Shown in pieces: positions 29,867 through 39,506 of a DNA stretch of 64,000 nucleotides (positions are counted from its first letter, which is position 1; each line of letters begins with the position of its first letter). The notes beneath the pieces were generated by a model. That model made no database searches. It was given only the letters and a program-made list of their open reading frames with translations, and had not been told where the DNA came from. The DNA is from an uncultured Gemmatimonadales bacterium (GTDB lineage: Bacteria; Gemmatimonadota; Gemmatimonadetes; Longimicrobiales; RSA9): NCBI GenBank assembly GCA_963783305.1, contig CAWAMW010000016.1, positions 384,001 to 448,000 on the forward strand, written 5' to 3'. The position numbers and the translations under genes are program-made.

Positions 29867-30616
29867 ATGGCAGGGCATTCCAAGTGGAAGAAGATCAAGC
29901 GGAAGAAGGCGGCGAACGACGCCAAGCGCGGCCAGGCGTTCACGAAGCTGATCCGTGAGATTACGGTGGCGGCGCGGGAGGGCGGGGGCGAGGCCGAGTT
30001 CAACCCGCGTCTGCGGCTCGCCATTGATACGGCGAAAGCGGCGAGCATGCCGCAGGAGAATATCGACCGTGCCGTCCTGAAGGGCACGGGCGATCTCGAG
30101 GGCGTCAACTACGAAGAGATGACGTACGAGGGCTACGGCCCAGGCGGTGTGGCGCTGTACGTGGAGGCGCTCACGGACAACCTGAACCGCACGGTGGCGG
30201 ACCTCCGTCACGCGCTGGAGAAGCACGGCGGGAACCTGGGCCAGAGCGGGTCGGTGGCCTGGCAGTTCGAGCGGAAGGGCCGGATCTACGTGGACGCGGG
30301 TCGCTATGACGAGGACGCGGCCATGATGGCGGCGCTGGAGGCCGGTGCAGAGGATTTCGCGCGGCAGGGGGACGAGTACGAGATCTCGACGGAAGTTGCG
30401 ACCTTCCATTCGGTGCAGGACGGGCTGAAGGAGCAGGGGATCGAGTTCGCCGATGCGGAGCTGTCGATGATCCCGACGGCTACAGTGCCGGTGGAAGGGC
30501 AGGAGGCGCTGCAGCTGTTGCGACTGCTGGACGCGCTGGACGACCTGGATGACGTGCAGCACGTTCACACGAACGCGGATATCGACGAGCGGGCGCTGAG
30601 CGAGGTGGCGGGTTGA
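29867..30616 (+). CDS. yebC: YebC/PmpR family protein
   Basis: MAGHSKW, NPRLRLA, YEGYGPGG, DDVQ.V.TN. Confidence 0.96.
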   Translation: MAGHSKWKKIKRKKAANDAKRGQAFTKLIREITVAAREGGGEAEFNPRLRLAIDTAKAASMPQENIDRAVLKGTGDLEGVNYEEMTYEGYGPGGVALYVEALTDNLNRTVADLRHALEKHGGNLGQSGSVAWQFERKGRIYVDAGRYDEDAAMMAALEAGAEDFARQGDEYEISTEVATFHSVQDGLKEQGIEFADAELSMIPTATVPVEGQEALQLLRLLDALDDLDDVQHVHTNADIDERALSEVAG

Positions 30617-31110
30617 AGGTTCTCGGCGTCGATCCTGGCACGGCAGCGACCGGCTATGGGGTCGTCGTCCGTGAGGGCGTGGGCGCCGCGTCGCTGGTGG
30701 AGTGCGGTGTCATCCGGACGCAGGCCGGGTCGCCGCTGGCCGATCGGCTGCGCGACATCCACGAGGGCCTGGGCGAGGTCCTCTCCCGCCACGCGCCGGA
30801 CGTGGTGGCGGTGGAAGGTGTGTTCTTCGGCAAGAACGTTCGGACCACCGTGCTGCTCGGGCACGCCCGCGGGGTAATCCTGCTCGCCGCGGCCCAGCAG
30901 GGGCTGGAGGTGGCGGAGTACGCGCCCGCGGAGATCAAGAATGCGGTGGTGGGCACGGGTCGGGCGAGCAAGGAGCAGGTGCAGTTCATGGTGAAGAAGC
31001 TGCTGCGGTTGAAGGAGGTGCCCAGCCCGGCGGATGCGGCCGATGGCGTGGCCGTGGCGCTCTGCCACATGAACACATTACGGCTCAGCCGTGCGGTGGC
31101 AGGGTCGTGA
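30613..31110 (+). CDS. ruvC: Holliday junction resolvase RuvC
   Basis: VLGVDPG..TGYG, GHARG, G.G.A.KEQV, DAADG.A.ALCH. Confidence 0.96.
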   Translation: MKVLGVDPGTAATGYGVVVREGVGAASLVECGVIRTQAGSPLADRLRDIHEGLGEVLSRHAPDVVAVEGVFFGKNVRTTVLLGHARGVILLAAAQQGLEVAEYAPAEIKNAVVGTGRASKEQVQFMVKKLLRLKEVPSPADAADGVAVALCHMNTLRLSRAVAGS

Positions 31111-31697
31111 TCAGCCGGATCCGGGGCACGCTGTTGACGCGGGAGCCCGACCGGGTGGAGGTCCTCACCAGCGGCGGTGTCGGCTATGAGCTGGAGATCC
31201 CTCTCTCCGTATTCGAGAAGCTGCCGCGGGCGGGTCAGGAGGTGGAGCTGCTGACCCACCAGGTAGTGCGGGAGGACGACCTCTTGCTATTCGGCTTCCT
31301 TCAGCCATCCGAACGACAGCTCTTCGGTCGACTGCTGGGCGCGTCGGGAGTGGGTCCGCGGCTGGCGCTCGCCATGATGTCGACACTCACTCCCACCGCA
31401 CTCGTGCGCGCCATCACCGACCGGGAGGTGGCGACCCTCGTGCAGGTGCCCGGCGTGGGCAAGAAGACCGCGGAGCGCATTGCGCTGGAGCTCGGCGACA
31501 AGCTCGACGACCTCGCCCTGCCCGCCGGCCCATCGGTGAAGGGGGCCGCCGCCCAGGAGGCGGTCGGCGCCCTGGTCGCGCTCGGCTACGCCAGCGCGGA
31601 TGCCAGCGCCGCCGTTCGCGCGAGCATTGAGGATGATGGCCCTGAGAACGACGCCAAGACGCTCATCCGGAAGGCGCTGGCCCGGGCGGGCAAGTAG
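31107..31697 (+). CDS. ruvA: Holliday junction branch migration protein RuvA
   Basis: MISRIRGTL, GGVGYE, VREDD..LFGF, GVGPRLA, PGVGKKTAERI. Confidence 0.96.
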   Translation: MISRIRGTLLTREPDRVEVLTSGGVGYELEIPLSVFEKLPRAGQEVELLTHQVVREDDLLLFGFLQPSERQLFGRLLGASGVGPRLALAMMSTLTPTALVRAITDREVATLVQVPGVGKKTAERIALELGDKLDDLALPAGPSVKGAAAQEAVGALVALGYASADASAAVRASIEDDGPENDAKTLIRKALARAGK

Positions 31698-31792
31698 CGA
31701 ACCAACGACACCACGACCGGGGGGCGCGACGAAACCCCGCCGGCCGCACTGGCGTATCGGAGCTGGACAGGACTACCCGAACGAATCGAAGC

Positions 31793-32638
31793 GTGGCGAA
31801 GAAGCATAACAAGCCTGCACGAGGCGCCGGCGCGGCGCATGGCCGCTCGGAAACCGCCTCCGCCGCTCCGGCGGCTCCCGAGGGGGCACCGCCGCCCCGG
31901 ACCTCCGCACAGGTGGCGGCGGACTGGGTGAAATCCATCGGCGGCGCGCTCATTCTCTTTCTGATCCTGCGCACGTTCATCCTCCAGACCTTCGTGATCA
32001 CGTCCTCCTCCATGGAGAGGACACTGCTGGTGGGGGACTTCCTGGTCCTGAGCAAGGCGGCCTACGGCGCGCATATCCCCTTCACGGACGCGCGGCTACC
32101 GGGGTACACCGATCTGGACCGGGGGGACGTGGTCGTCTTCCGGCCGCCTCACGACCCGGGCCTCGATGTGGTGAAGCGTGTGATCGGGATGCCCGGGGAC
32201 ACGCTGCACATGGAGGACAAGGCCCTGTACATCAACGGCGTCCAGCAGGACGAGCCGTACACCCGCCATAGTGACGCGGATGGCGACGTGGCGCACCCGT
32301 GGATGCGCTGGCAGTGCGGCGAGAGGGTGGCGTTGAGCCCCGACATCTCGGGGGCGTTCCGGGTACCGAAAGAGGGGTACAGCGGCAGCGGGCCAGGAGC
32401 GGCCTGCAGCCCCACTCGCGATGACTGGGGCCCGCTGGTCGTGCCGGAGGGCCACTACTTCATGATGGGCGACAACCGCGACGACAGCGTCGACTCCCGT
32501 TACTGGGGCTTCCTGGACGGCCAGCGGATCCGGGGCGAAGTGCTCGTGATCTACTACTCGTACGACCCGGAGCTGCTGCGGCCGCTGGCCTTCCTCCGCA
32601 ACGTGCGCGCACAGCGAATCGGCGACCTGGTGCGCTGA
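31793..32638 (+). CDS. lepB: Signal peptidase I
   Basis: S.SME.TL..GD, VKRVIG.PGD, MMGDNRD.S.DSRYWG. Confidence 0.95.
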   Translation: MAKKHNKPARGAGAAHGRSETASAAPAAPEGAPPPRTSAQVAADWVKSIGGALILFLILRTFILQTFVITSSSMERTLLVGDFLVLSKAAYGAHIPFTDARLPGYTDLDRGDVVVFRPPHDPGLDVVKRVIGMPGDTLHMEDKALYINGVQQDEPYTRHSDADGDVAHPWMRWQCGERVALSPDISGAFRVPKEGYSGSGPGAACSPTRDDWGPLVVPEGHYFMMGDNRDDSVDSRYWGFLDGQRIRGEVLVIYYSYDPELLRPLAFLRNVRAQRIGDLVR

Positions 32639-32669
32639 CGCACGCTCGCCGGGCGACGGGATCGGTCCG

Positions 32670-33059
32670 TCAGAACATACGCCGCAGCGTATAGCCGGCG
32701 AAAAAGGCCACGGCCACCGAAGCCAGCGGATGGCGCCGGACCGTGGTCTCCAGGTCTGAGCGCATCTCGTCGATCTCCCGCGTCCGGACGTAGTCGGCGG
32801 CATGCTGGATCCCCTCGGCCGCGTTGTCGGTCAGCGGGCGCGTTGGACCGAGGAACCGGTTCCGCGCGGCGGCCCGCTCTCCCAGCTCGCGGACCCGGAC
32901 CGCGGCCTCATCGAGCCGGCCACCCGCAGCGCGCCGGGCGCGGTCGAGGGCGCTGCGGTCGGAGGGAAGCGTCCCGGGATCGCCCATGGCGGGCTCCCGG
33001 CGAGTCTCGCTCTCGATCGGATCGGGGATCTCGTGATCGTGGTTCGGATGCTCGGTCAT
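32670..33059 (-). CDS. YqjD/ElaB (DUF883)-like tail-anchored protein
   Basis: AADYVR...LE..VRRHPLASVAVAFFAGY.L C-terminal anchor. Confidence 0.7.
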   Translation of the reverse strand: MTEHPNHDHEIPDPIESETRREPAMGDPGTLPSDRSALDRARRAAGGRLDEAAVRVRELGERAAARNRFLGPTRPLTDNAAEGIQHAADYVRTREIDEMRSDLETTVRRHPLASVAVAFFAGYTLRRMF

Positions 33060-33556
33060 GCCCGCTCCTTCTTCAGCCCGTGCTTGAAATCGTCCATCTC
33101 GCGCTCCGCCCATTCCTTGTCCGCGCGGAGCGACCCGGTCGTCTCCGTAGGGGCGAAGCCCCCCTTGCGGAGGTCCCGCGCCCCTTTCCATGCGGCGAGC
33201 GCGCCGATGAGGAACAGGATGCCGCCCGTGATGAGGGTGCCGAGCCAGTAGGACCCGAGCAGGGCCCCCAGCCCGAGGGCCAGGGCCAACACCAGGCACA
33301 GCCCGCCCACGGCGATGATCGCCACGCCGGCTCCGATCCACGCGCTGTCTACGACCACCCGCTTGGCGGTGCGTACGGCCTCCGCCTTCGCCAGCTGGAT
33401 CTCCTGCTGGACGAGCGTGCGGGTGTCATCCGCAAGCTCCCGCAGGAGCGGGATGATCCCCATCCCATCGCCCGCGCCGTTCGCCGGCGGGAGCTGGTGG
33501 TCGGGGTCCAACCGGCGCTGCCGGTCGGCCGCTTCTCTGCTGTCGGTGACTGCCAT
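33056..33556 (-). CDS. Phage-holin-like (holin-X/YhjD) membrane protein
   Basis: L.ELADD..TLVQQEIQLAKAE, two TMs, P.ET..SL..D.EW. Confidence 0.85.
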   Translation of the reverse strand: MAVTDSREAADRQRRLDPDHQLPPANGAGDGMGIIPLLRELADDTRTLVQQEIQLAKAEAVRTAKRVVVDSAWIGAGVAIIAVGGLCLVLALALGLGALLGSYWLGTLITGGILFLIGALAAWKGARDLRKGGFAPTETTGSLRADKEWAEREMDDFKHGLKKERA

Positions 33557-33603
33557 GTCCGTCTTCCTCTACCTCGTCCTCCGCCCGTGACGACTCGGAG
33601 ACG

Positions 33604-33620
33604 TGCAATGGATGTGCCGG
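33604..33620 (-). promoter_or_regulatory. Candidate sigma54 promoter (holin-X/DUF883 operon)
   Basis: CCGGCACATCCATTGCA, close to the TGGCAC-N5-TTGC consensus. Confidence 0.65.
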
Positions 33621-33629
33621 GCGTCGGCG

Positions 33630-33646
33630 CCGGCGGAGTTCTTGCA
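33630..33646 (+). promoter_or_regulatory. Candidate divergent sigma54 promoter (DUF3618 gene)
   Basis: CCGGCGGAGTTCTTGCA. Confidence 0.5.
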
Positions 33647-33707
33647 CCCTACGCATGCGGCACGATAGGATCGAGAGAGTAGCCCATACCGACCCTGGCG
33701 ATCAACC

Positions 33708-34154
33708 ATGTCGAAACCCGACGAAACCAAGCTGCCGGCAACGCCGACCACGGAGCGCGCCCTTCCGCCGGAGGGCGGGACGACTTCCACGTCCCGGACG
33801 GCACCCGTGGCCGTGCCCGCTCCAGCGTCGCTGGAATCCGACCGGAAGGTGGAGCCCGCGCGAGCGACCCCGGAGCGGTCCCCGACCCGGGCGCATCCCG
33901 GTGGCAACGGCCGCCCGGGCGACCCCGCGGAGCTGCGGCGGGACATCGCGGAGACCCGGGCTCGGATGTCCAGCACGCTGGACGTGCTGGAGACGCGGGT
34001 CGCTCAGGAGCGCGCGTCGCTGGAGCGGAAGAAGACGGAGATGATGGAGATGGCGACGCTCAAGCCCCTGCGGGAGAAGCTCTCCCGGGAGCCGTGGCGA
34101 TCGATGGCCATCGCCTTCGTGGCGGGCTACGTCGTGGCCGCCATCCGGGACTGA
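33708..34154 (+). CDS. DUF3618-like protein with C-terminal membrane anchor
   Basis: PAELRRDIAETRARMSSTLD.L; PWRSMAIAFVAGY. Confidence 0.75.
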   Translation: MSKPDETKLPATPTTERALPPEGGTTSTSRTAPVAVPAPASLESDRKVEPARATPERSPTRAHPGGNGRPGDPAELRRDIAETRARMSSTLDVLETRVAQERASLERKKTEMMEMATLKPLREKLSREPWRSMAIAFVAGYVVAAIRD

Positions 34155-34178
34155 CCGAGCGGACCTTTGAGGGCGGGT

Positions 34179-34682
34179 CTAGTCCTCGTGGTCGCGTCCG
34201 AGCATCAGCCAGCCCAGCAGGAGCAACGGCAGCAGCACCAGCGTGGCGAGCAGATAGGGGCGGTCGAGGAGGGTCGTAGGGACCACCGCCGAGCTGAACG
34301 ACAGCGAGCCCGCGTCCCCCACTTCCACCGTGAACTCCCAGTCCCCCGACTCCTCCACATCGAATTTGGCCGCCTGAAACAGCTTGTTGGTGGCTTCCGC
34401 CCGCGTCGCACGCTTCCGGACGGGCTCCGCGGTCGCGTCCCCCTCGAGCTCGATCGGCCGCGCCTCCACCATTACCCATGGCGTCAGCACCGCACCCGCC
34501 GAATCCTGTACCATTACGCTCACGTCCAGCTCCCCCGTCCGCAGCGGCGTGGGGCTGGAGTAGATCGTCACCGTGTACGGCCCCAGCACGGCGTTGGAGA
34601 TCCGGACCGTCCCACCATTCCCGCGCAGCGGCGGCGCGACCAGCAGGACGAGCAGCAGCAGGACGGAAAAGGCGCGCGTCAT
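34179..34682 (-). CDS. YtkA/FixH-like secreted protein with C-terminal TM
   Basis: Signal peptide; GPY.VT...SPTPLR.G..DVSV.VQD, ATNKL..AA, G.W...V.V. Confidence 0.6.
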   Translation of the reverse strand: MTRAFSVLLLLVLLVAPPLRGNGGTVRISNAVLGPYTVTIYSSPTPLRTGELDVSVMVQDSAGAVLTPWVMVEARPIELEGDATAEPVRKRATRAEATNKLFQAAKFDVEESGDWEFTVEVGDAGSLSFSSAVVPTTLLDRPYLLATLVLLPLLLLGWLMLGRDHED

Positions 34683-34692
34683 GAGCCGCGTC

Positions 34693-35583
34693 TCACGTGC
34701 CGCTTCCCGCCGTCACCGGACGAGTGCCCCGTCCGTGCACCACCTCCGGGATCCACACATCGCCCTCGTCCTCGCGCATCATCATGAGCACCAGCACGAG
34801 GAGCGGGATGATGTAGAGGAGCCCTCCAATGACCCACATGAGGAGGCCCCCGAGCTGCTGGTCCCCGAGGGGTGAGAGGCCCCAGAGGCTGGGAGAGTCC
34901 AGGAACGTGCGGTAGAAGGGCTCGGAGCTCAGCGTGAGCGCCGCCCCGAGCACAAACCCGGCGATCTTTGCGGGGAAGATGTAGAGGATCCCGGCGCCGT
35001 AGCTCAGGCGGCGGCTGCCTCCGCTCGGGTGGATGACCGGCCACCAGAAGAGGAGCGCCATGCCCAGGAACATGGCGTGCTCCAGGTCGTGGATCCAGTT
35101 GCGGCCCTGAGCCGCGTCATACAGCGGCGGGTAGTGCCAGATGAAGAGGACGAGGATGTAGATCGTCAGCGCCACGCCCGCTCGGGTGAGGAAATGGAAG
35201 ACCCGGTGGACAGGGTTCCGCTCGTGGAACATGCGCCCGAGTCGCCGCCGCGCGCCGCGGTCGAATGCCCAGAGTGTGGGGAGGAGCGGGGCCCCCAGCC
35301 AGATGAGGGGCGCGGCCACCATGATCAGCAGCAGATGCTGCGCCATGTGCATGAAGAAGAAGATCGAGTCGAACGTGCCGATGGGAGAGAGCAGCGCGAC
35401 CGCCACGGCTGCGAGCCCCGCCCCGAAGCACCACGCCCGCCACGTCCTCAGGATCCTGCCGCCACGCCCCCGACGTCGCAGCCGGCGCCAGCCGCGGGCG
35501 TAGAGCCCCCCTGCCACGAGAAGGCCGATAATGACCGTCGGCTCGAACTCCCACGACAACAGGAACGCCTGAAGATCACCCAC
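34693..35583 (-). CDS. ctaG: Cytochrome c oxidase assembly factor, Caa3_CtaG family
   Basis: HMAQHLLL...AAPL, WH.P.LYD.A, H.LEH, DQQLGGLLMW. Confidence 0.88.
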   Translation of the reverse strand: MGDLQAFLLSWEFEPTVIIGLLVAGGLYARGWRRLRRRGRGGRILRTWRAWCFGAGLAAVAVALLSPIGTFDSIFFFMHMAQHLLLIMVAAPLIWLGAPLLPTLWAFDRGARRRLGRMFHERNPVHRVFHFLTRAGVALTIYILVLFIWHYPPLYDAAQGRNWIHDLEHAMFLGMALLFWWPVIHPSGGSRRLSYGAGILYIFPAKIAGFVLGAALTLSSEPFYRTFLDSPSLWGLSPLGDQQLGGLLMWVIGGLLYIIPLLVLVLMMMREDEGDVWIPEVVHGRGTRPVTAGSGT

Positions 35584-37171
35584 CGTCCTGCCCCCGATGC
35601 TCGCTGTGAGGGTCTATCTCCATCGGCATATCCATCCCCGGCATCTCCATCCCCGGCATATCCATTCCCGGCATCTCCATCCCTGGCATCTCCAGCGTGC
35701 CTCTCATGTCCATCGGCTGCGCCATGATCCAGCCGCCCAGCAGCCCCAGCCCCACCGCCAGTGTCGCCCACGGCACGAACGCGAGCCGGGCCGGCCGACG
35801 CCCCTGGAACGTCGCGCGGGAAATGTAATGGAGGAGGATCAGCGACCCCAGCACTCCGGCCTCCAGCACCACCAGCTCGAGCGGGAGCAGCCACCCGGCA
35901 GGGACGATGGCCGCCATGGTCCAGTCGGGCGCGCCGCCGGCGATCCCCACGTCGATGGCGACCCTGTGGAGGGTCGGCACGAGGTTGAGCCCGGCCGCGA
36001 GGAAGTGGAAGGCGTAGTGGGCGAGCCACATGCCGAACCCGAGCGGCACCAGCCCGAAGCCCATCCGGAGGAGGACCTCCCGGCCGGGTAGGGAGGTGCG
36101 GGCGAGTCGGCGGCTGGCGGCCGTCGTCAGGAAGAGGAGGAGCCCGGGAACGACCCCCAGGGCCACGACGAGGAAGACCGTCCACGTCACCCGCTCGCTC
36201 CCGATGCCGAGTGTTGCCCCGAGTCCCGCCTGGAGTCGCACCATGGGCCCGATCATCCCGGCCGCGTTCACGAACGCTCCGAACACCACGACCATGGCCA
36301 GCGCCAGGAGGTCGGGGCGGTCGGTGAATCGACCGATGCCCGAGCGCATCGGGTCCCCGACGAGCTCCGCTCCCGGCCAGCGAGCGACGATCCCCACATT
36401 GTCGTAGGGGCACGCCTGCACGCAGTCGAGACAGAAGGTGCAGTCCATGTTCCCGGCCTTCCGGGGCTGGAAGAGCCAGAGCTCGCACCCGTTCTGCACG
36501 AGCCGCGGCTCCCCCGTCCGCGGATCGATCTCGTGCCGGCCGGCGATGCAGTCCTTGGTCTCGCACGCCTCGCATACCGCCACGTCCCGAACGCGCACCT
36601 CCCCCGGCGAGGCGAGAGATTGGGTGAAATTGAACGCGCCGATCGGGCATACGTGCTTGCAGAACGCGGCGCCCTGGAACACCCCGTCGATGGCGAATGC
36701 CGCCGTGAAGTAGGCGACCACGATCCACGCGGTGAGCCACGGGCTGTTCCACAGATCGAACGCCTCATAGGCCCAGAAGAAGAGGACGAGGAGTCCCAGC
36801 GACAGCCACTTCGTCTTCAGCCATGCCGGCCATGAGCGGTCGGCGGGGAACAGCTTCCTGGCCAGGCGGCGCGGGAGCATGAACGGACACGCCATGCAGA
36901 ACAGGTTCCCCACCAGCAGCAGCGCCAGCACGACGAGACCGCGCCACTGCACCCACGGCGCGACCCCGGCCGCGTTCTGCGGTGCCAGGTTGGGGCCGAA
37001 CAGGCCGTCGGCGATGATGATGGCCGACAGCAGCAGGAGCGGGACCTGGAGGGTGGTGCGTGCGTGCTTCCAGCGAAGGAATCGGCCGAGGACGGGCGCG
37101 CGAGTCAGGTCCCCGCGGGGCGCGGGTGTCGCGTGGTAGATCGGCAGTTCACGTCGGGCGGTGCTGGGCAT
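35576..37171 (-). CDS. Membrane polyferredoxin (4Fe-4S; NapH/CcoG-like) with Met-rich C-terminal tail
   Basis: FCMACP, FCKHVCP, CEACETKDC, CTFCLDCVQACP; many TMs; MPGM(E/D) repeats. Confidence 0.85.
   Translation of the reverse strand: MPSTARRELPIYHATPAPRGDLTRAPVLGRFLRWKHARTTLQVPLLLLSAIIIADGLFGPNLAPQNAAGVAPWVQWRGLVVLALLLVGNLFCMACPFMLPRRLARKLFPADRSWPAWLKTKWLSLGLLVLFFWAYEAFDLWNSPWLTAWIVVAYFTAAFAIDGVFQGAAFCKHVCPIGAFNFTQSLASPGEVRVRDVAVCEACETKDCIAGRHEIDPRTGEPRLVQNGCELWLFQPRKAGNMDCTFCLDCVQACPYDNVGIVARWPGAELVGDPMRSGIGRFTDRPDLLALAMVVVFGAFVNAAGMIGPMVRLQAGLGATLGIGSERVTWTVFLVVALGVVPGLLLFLTTAASRRLARTSLPGREVLLRMGFGLVPLGFGMWLAHYAFHFLAAGLNLVPTLHRVAIDVGIAGGAPDWTMAAIVPAGWLLPLELVVLEAGVLGSLILLHYISRATFQGRRPARLAFVPWATLAVGLGLLGGWIMAQPMDMRGTLEMPGMEMPGMDMPGMEMPGMDMPMEIDPHSEHRGQDGG
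35625..35694. repeat. 15-bp coding tandem repeat (~4.7 copies) encoding MPGM(E/D)
   Basis: GGCAT(A/C)TCCATYCCY repeated. Confidence 0.9.
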
Positions 37172-37258
37172 CAGGCCCGGAAGGTAGCGCTCCGAGGGGT
37201 CGGCGTGAAGGCGGTGGCGGCGCTTGAGGCGGCGTGGTCATGGGCGGGCCGAACGCTG

Positions 37259-38689
37259 TCACCAGACGCGGTGGGTCACCACGGTGGTGCGTCCGACCTT
37301 CACGGTCACGGGGCCCAGCGTTGCCGCGCGGGCACCGTCCACTTCGATCTCCAGGTCGTGCGATCCCGCCGGGAGCCGGAGCCGGACCATGGCGACGGAG
37401 CCCGGAAGCAGGTGCCACGACCGGGTGTCGGCGCGCTCCGTGAGCGCGGTGCCCAGGTTCGCCAGCCATCCCACGACGTGCCCCGCCGTCTCGTCCTTTT
37501 CGCTCACCGCGCTTTTCGCCCCCGCCGTAAACGCCAGCTTGGAAGCGGCGCGGACAACGGTTCGCGCGAGCATCGCGCCCCGCTCCCCATCGAAATCGCG
37601 GCGCACGGCGTCCGCCACATCGAGGCGGGCCGTCGCGCCGGCGCCGCTGTCCGCCGCTGCACCGGCCGGGCCACCCTTCCGGACGTGCACGGCGCCGCCG
37701 GGCGGCGAGTCCTGGTAGAGCACGGGCCAGGAGATCCGGAGCAGGTAGGGGTCGGAGTCGTCGTCGTCGTTCCGGTTGCACCCGTAGCGGCAGTCCCACG
37801 GGTCCAGCCGCGTCTCGCTGCGCCAGCCGTAGTCGTGGTAGTACGGGCTCCGCCCACCGCTGCTCGCGGCGAGGAGGATTCGGGCTGCAGCCTCCGCGGC
37901 GGCTGCGGTCTTCTCCGCCGCGTCGCCTTCCGCCAGCTTGCTCACCTGCCACGCCGGAAGAACCACCACCACCGATTGCTCCACCCGGTGCGGCACGAAC
38001 CCTCGCTCCACGAGCACCAGCACCTCACCCGTCTCGTCCGCCGCATCGGAGCCGGGGACCGGAGCCGGGATTCCCGCTCGACGGTAGGCCACGTCCGCCG
38101 CGTCCGCATACCCGGCGGCCTCGAATACGGCGGCGTCGAAGAGGTGGAAGAATCGCGCATCGCTGGAGACCGTGGCGCCGTCCCCGGCCTCCCCGAGGCG
38201 ATCCAGGAGCGCCTCGAGCCGGCGGGCCTCGACGGCGGCGGCGTCGTTGTGGCCGGCCTGCAGAAACCCCACGGCCGCGGTGTAATGGATCATGAGCCGC
38301 TCGGTCCGGCTCGGCGTGTAGGCCAGGGCCCGATCCGAAGTGATCATGCTCAGGACCTGCTGCGACACGCTGACCGTGACGCGATCCTCCGCCAGGTAGG
38401 AGGCGAGGTCGAGGAGGTGACAGCTTTCGGTGTACGCCCCCGCGTAGCGGCCGGCCGTGGCTGCATAAAGGAGGCGGAGCAGGTCGTCCTGGGGGATCGC
38501 GCGCTGCCCCTCCAGCACCGAACCGTACGCCTTGTCGGGCTCGTAGGCGAGCTCCCGCCGGAGCGCGTCCTCGTCCGCCGGCAGTCCGCTTGGCGCCAGG
38601 TCGTAGCCGTCGAATACGGCGGCACAGCCGGACAGCGACAGGGCCGCGGCGAGAACCGCGACCCCGACCGCACCCTTCATCCGCAACAT
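37259..38689 (-). CDS. COG3014-family lipoprotein
   Basis: Lipobox SLSG-C; Y.P...E...IHY, A.VEARR, VLVLVE.GFVP, TERADTRSW.LLP. Confidence 0.8.
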   Translation of the reverse strand: MLRMKGAVGVAVLAAALSLSGCAAVFDGYDLAPSGLPADEDALRRELAYEPDKAYGSVLEGQRAIPQDDLLRLLYAATAGRYAGAYTESCHLLDLASYLAEDRVTVSVSQQVLSMITSDRALAYTPSRTERLMIHYTAAVGFLQAGHNDAAAVEARRLEALLDRLGEAGDGATVSSDARFFHLFDAAVFEAAGYADAADVAYRRAGIPAPVPGSDAADETGEVLVLVERGFVPHRVEQSVVVVLPAWQVSKLAEGDAAEKTAAAAEAAARILLAASSGGRSPYYHDYGWRSETRLDPWDCRYGCNRNDDDDSDPYLLRISWPVLYQDSPPGGAVHVRKGGPAGAAADSGAGATARLDVADAVRRDFDGERGAMLARTVVRAASKLAFTAGAKSAVSEKDETAGHVVGWLANLGTALTERADTRSWHLLPGSVAMVRLRLPAGSHDLEIEVDGARAATLGPVTVKVGRTTVVTHRVW

Positions 38690-38699
38690 GGTCGCTCCG

Positions 38700-39497
38700 T
38701 CAGCGTCGATCGAGCACCACGATCCGTTCCTTCGCATACGCGATGGCGTCAGCCATCTTGGCATACGCATCGCCATACGCCTCGATCTTTTCAAGCTCCA
38801 GCTGGTGCAGGAAGCGCTTGTACTGGATCACCGCCTCGATCGGGCGGAGCTGCTTGTCCAGGGTGGTCGCCACGCGGTACGCGATCACCGGGTCGCTCGG
38901 CTTCAGCACCTGCGCCCGGTCGTAGCGATTGAGCGCCATGTCGAACTCGCCCCGCGCCACGTAGTCGTCGCCCTCGCGGAGCAGCATCTCGGCCATGGCC
39001 ACAGCCCGGCCTTCCGTGGTGGCATCGGCGGGCGAGCTCACCACGCGCACGCCCTGCGCTTCGCCGTAGCTGTAGCTCTGCACACGGCCGTCCGCCACCT
39101 GTACCATCACGACCTGACCCACGGCGTCGGTTGGAGCGCGCTGCGGGCTTCGGGGCACCAGGATCGACGCGCCGCCCGAGCGTCTCACGGTCCAGGCATC
39201 GTACGTGGTCCGCGTGGCCGCCAACACCTGCGTCTCGTTCATGCCCAGCGCCAGCTCGCCGCGCGTCACCGCCGCGCAGATCTCACCGGCGCACGTGGCC
39301 ATTGCCTCGGCGGCGATGGAGTCCCGGCTCATCCGGTTGATCACCTGATCACCCGCCGCCACCACCGCGCCCGCGGGGGCCTGCGCCTCCGGGACGCGAT
39401 CGTCGTTGGTCAGGATCGGCTCCTGGTGGATCCGCTTGGGCGCGCACCCGGCCGCCAGCGCCGCCAGTGCCACGATTCCCACTCTGCTCGCGTTCAT
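38700..39497 (-). CDS. TPR-containing lipoprotein
   Basis: Lipobox LAAG-C; C-terminal TPR-like helices. Confidence 0.75.
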   Translation of the reverse strand: MNASRVGIVALAALAAGCAPKRIHQEPILTNDDRVPEAQAPAGAVVAAGDQVINRMSRDSIAAEAMATCAGEICAAVTRGELALGMNETQVLAATRTTYDAWTVRRSGGASILVPRSPQRAPTDAVGQVVMVQVADGRVQSYSYGEAQGVRVVSSPADATTEGRAVAMAEMLLREGDDYVARGEFDMALNRYDRAQVLKPSDPVIAYRVATTLDKQLRPIEAVIQYKRFLHQLELEKIEAYGDAYAKMADAIAYAKERIVVLDRR

Positions 39498-39506
39498 GTC
39501 GTCTCC

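Noticed and set aside
28986..29958. ORFs running through the arrays, including long N-extensions of yebC, ruvB and lpoB
   Set aside because: They arise from stop-free GC repeats; the real starts are recognisable downstream.
33056..33556. Holin as evidence of a prophage
   Set aside because: No phage genes nearby; this family is chromosomal and occurs with DUF883/DUF3618.
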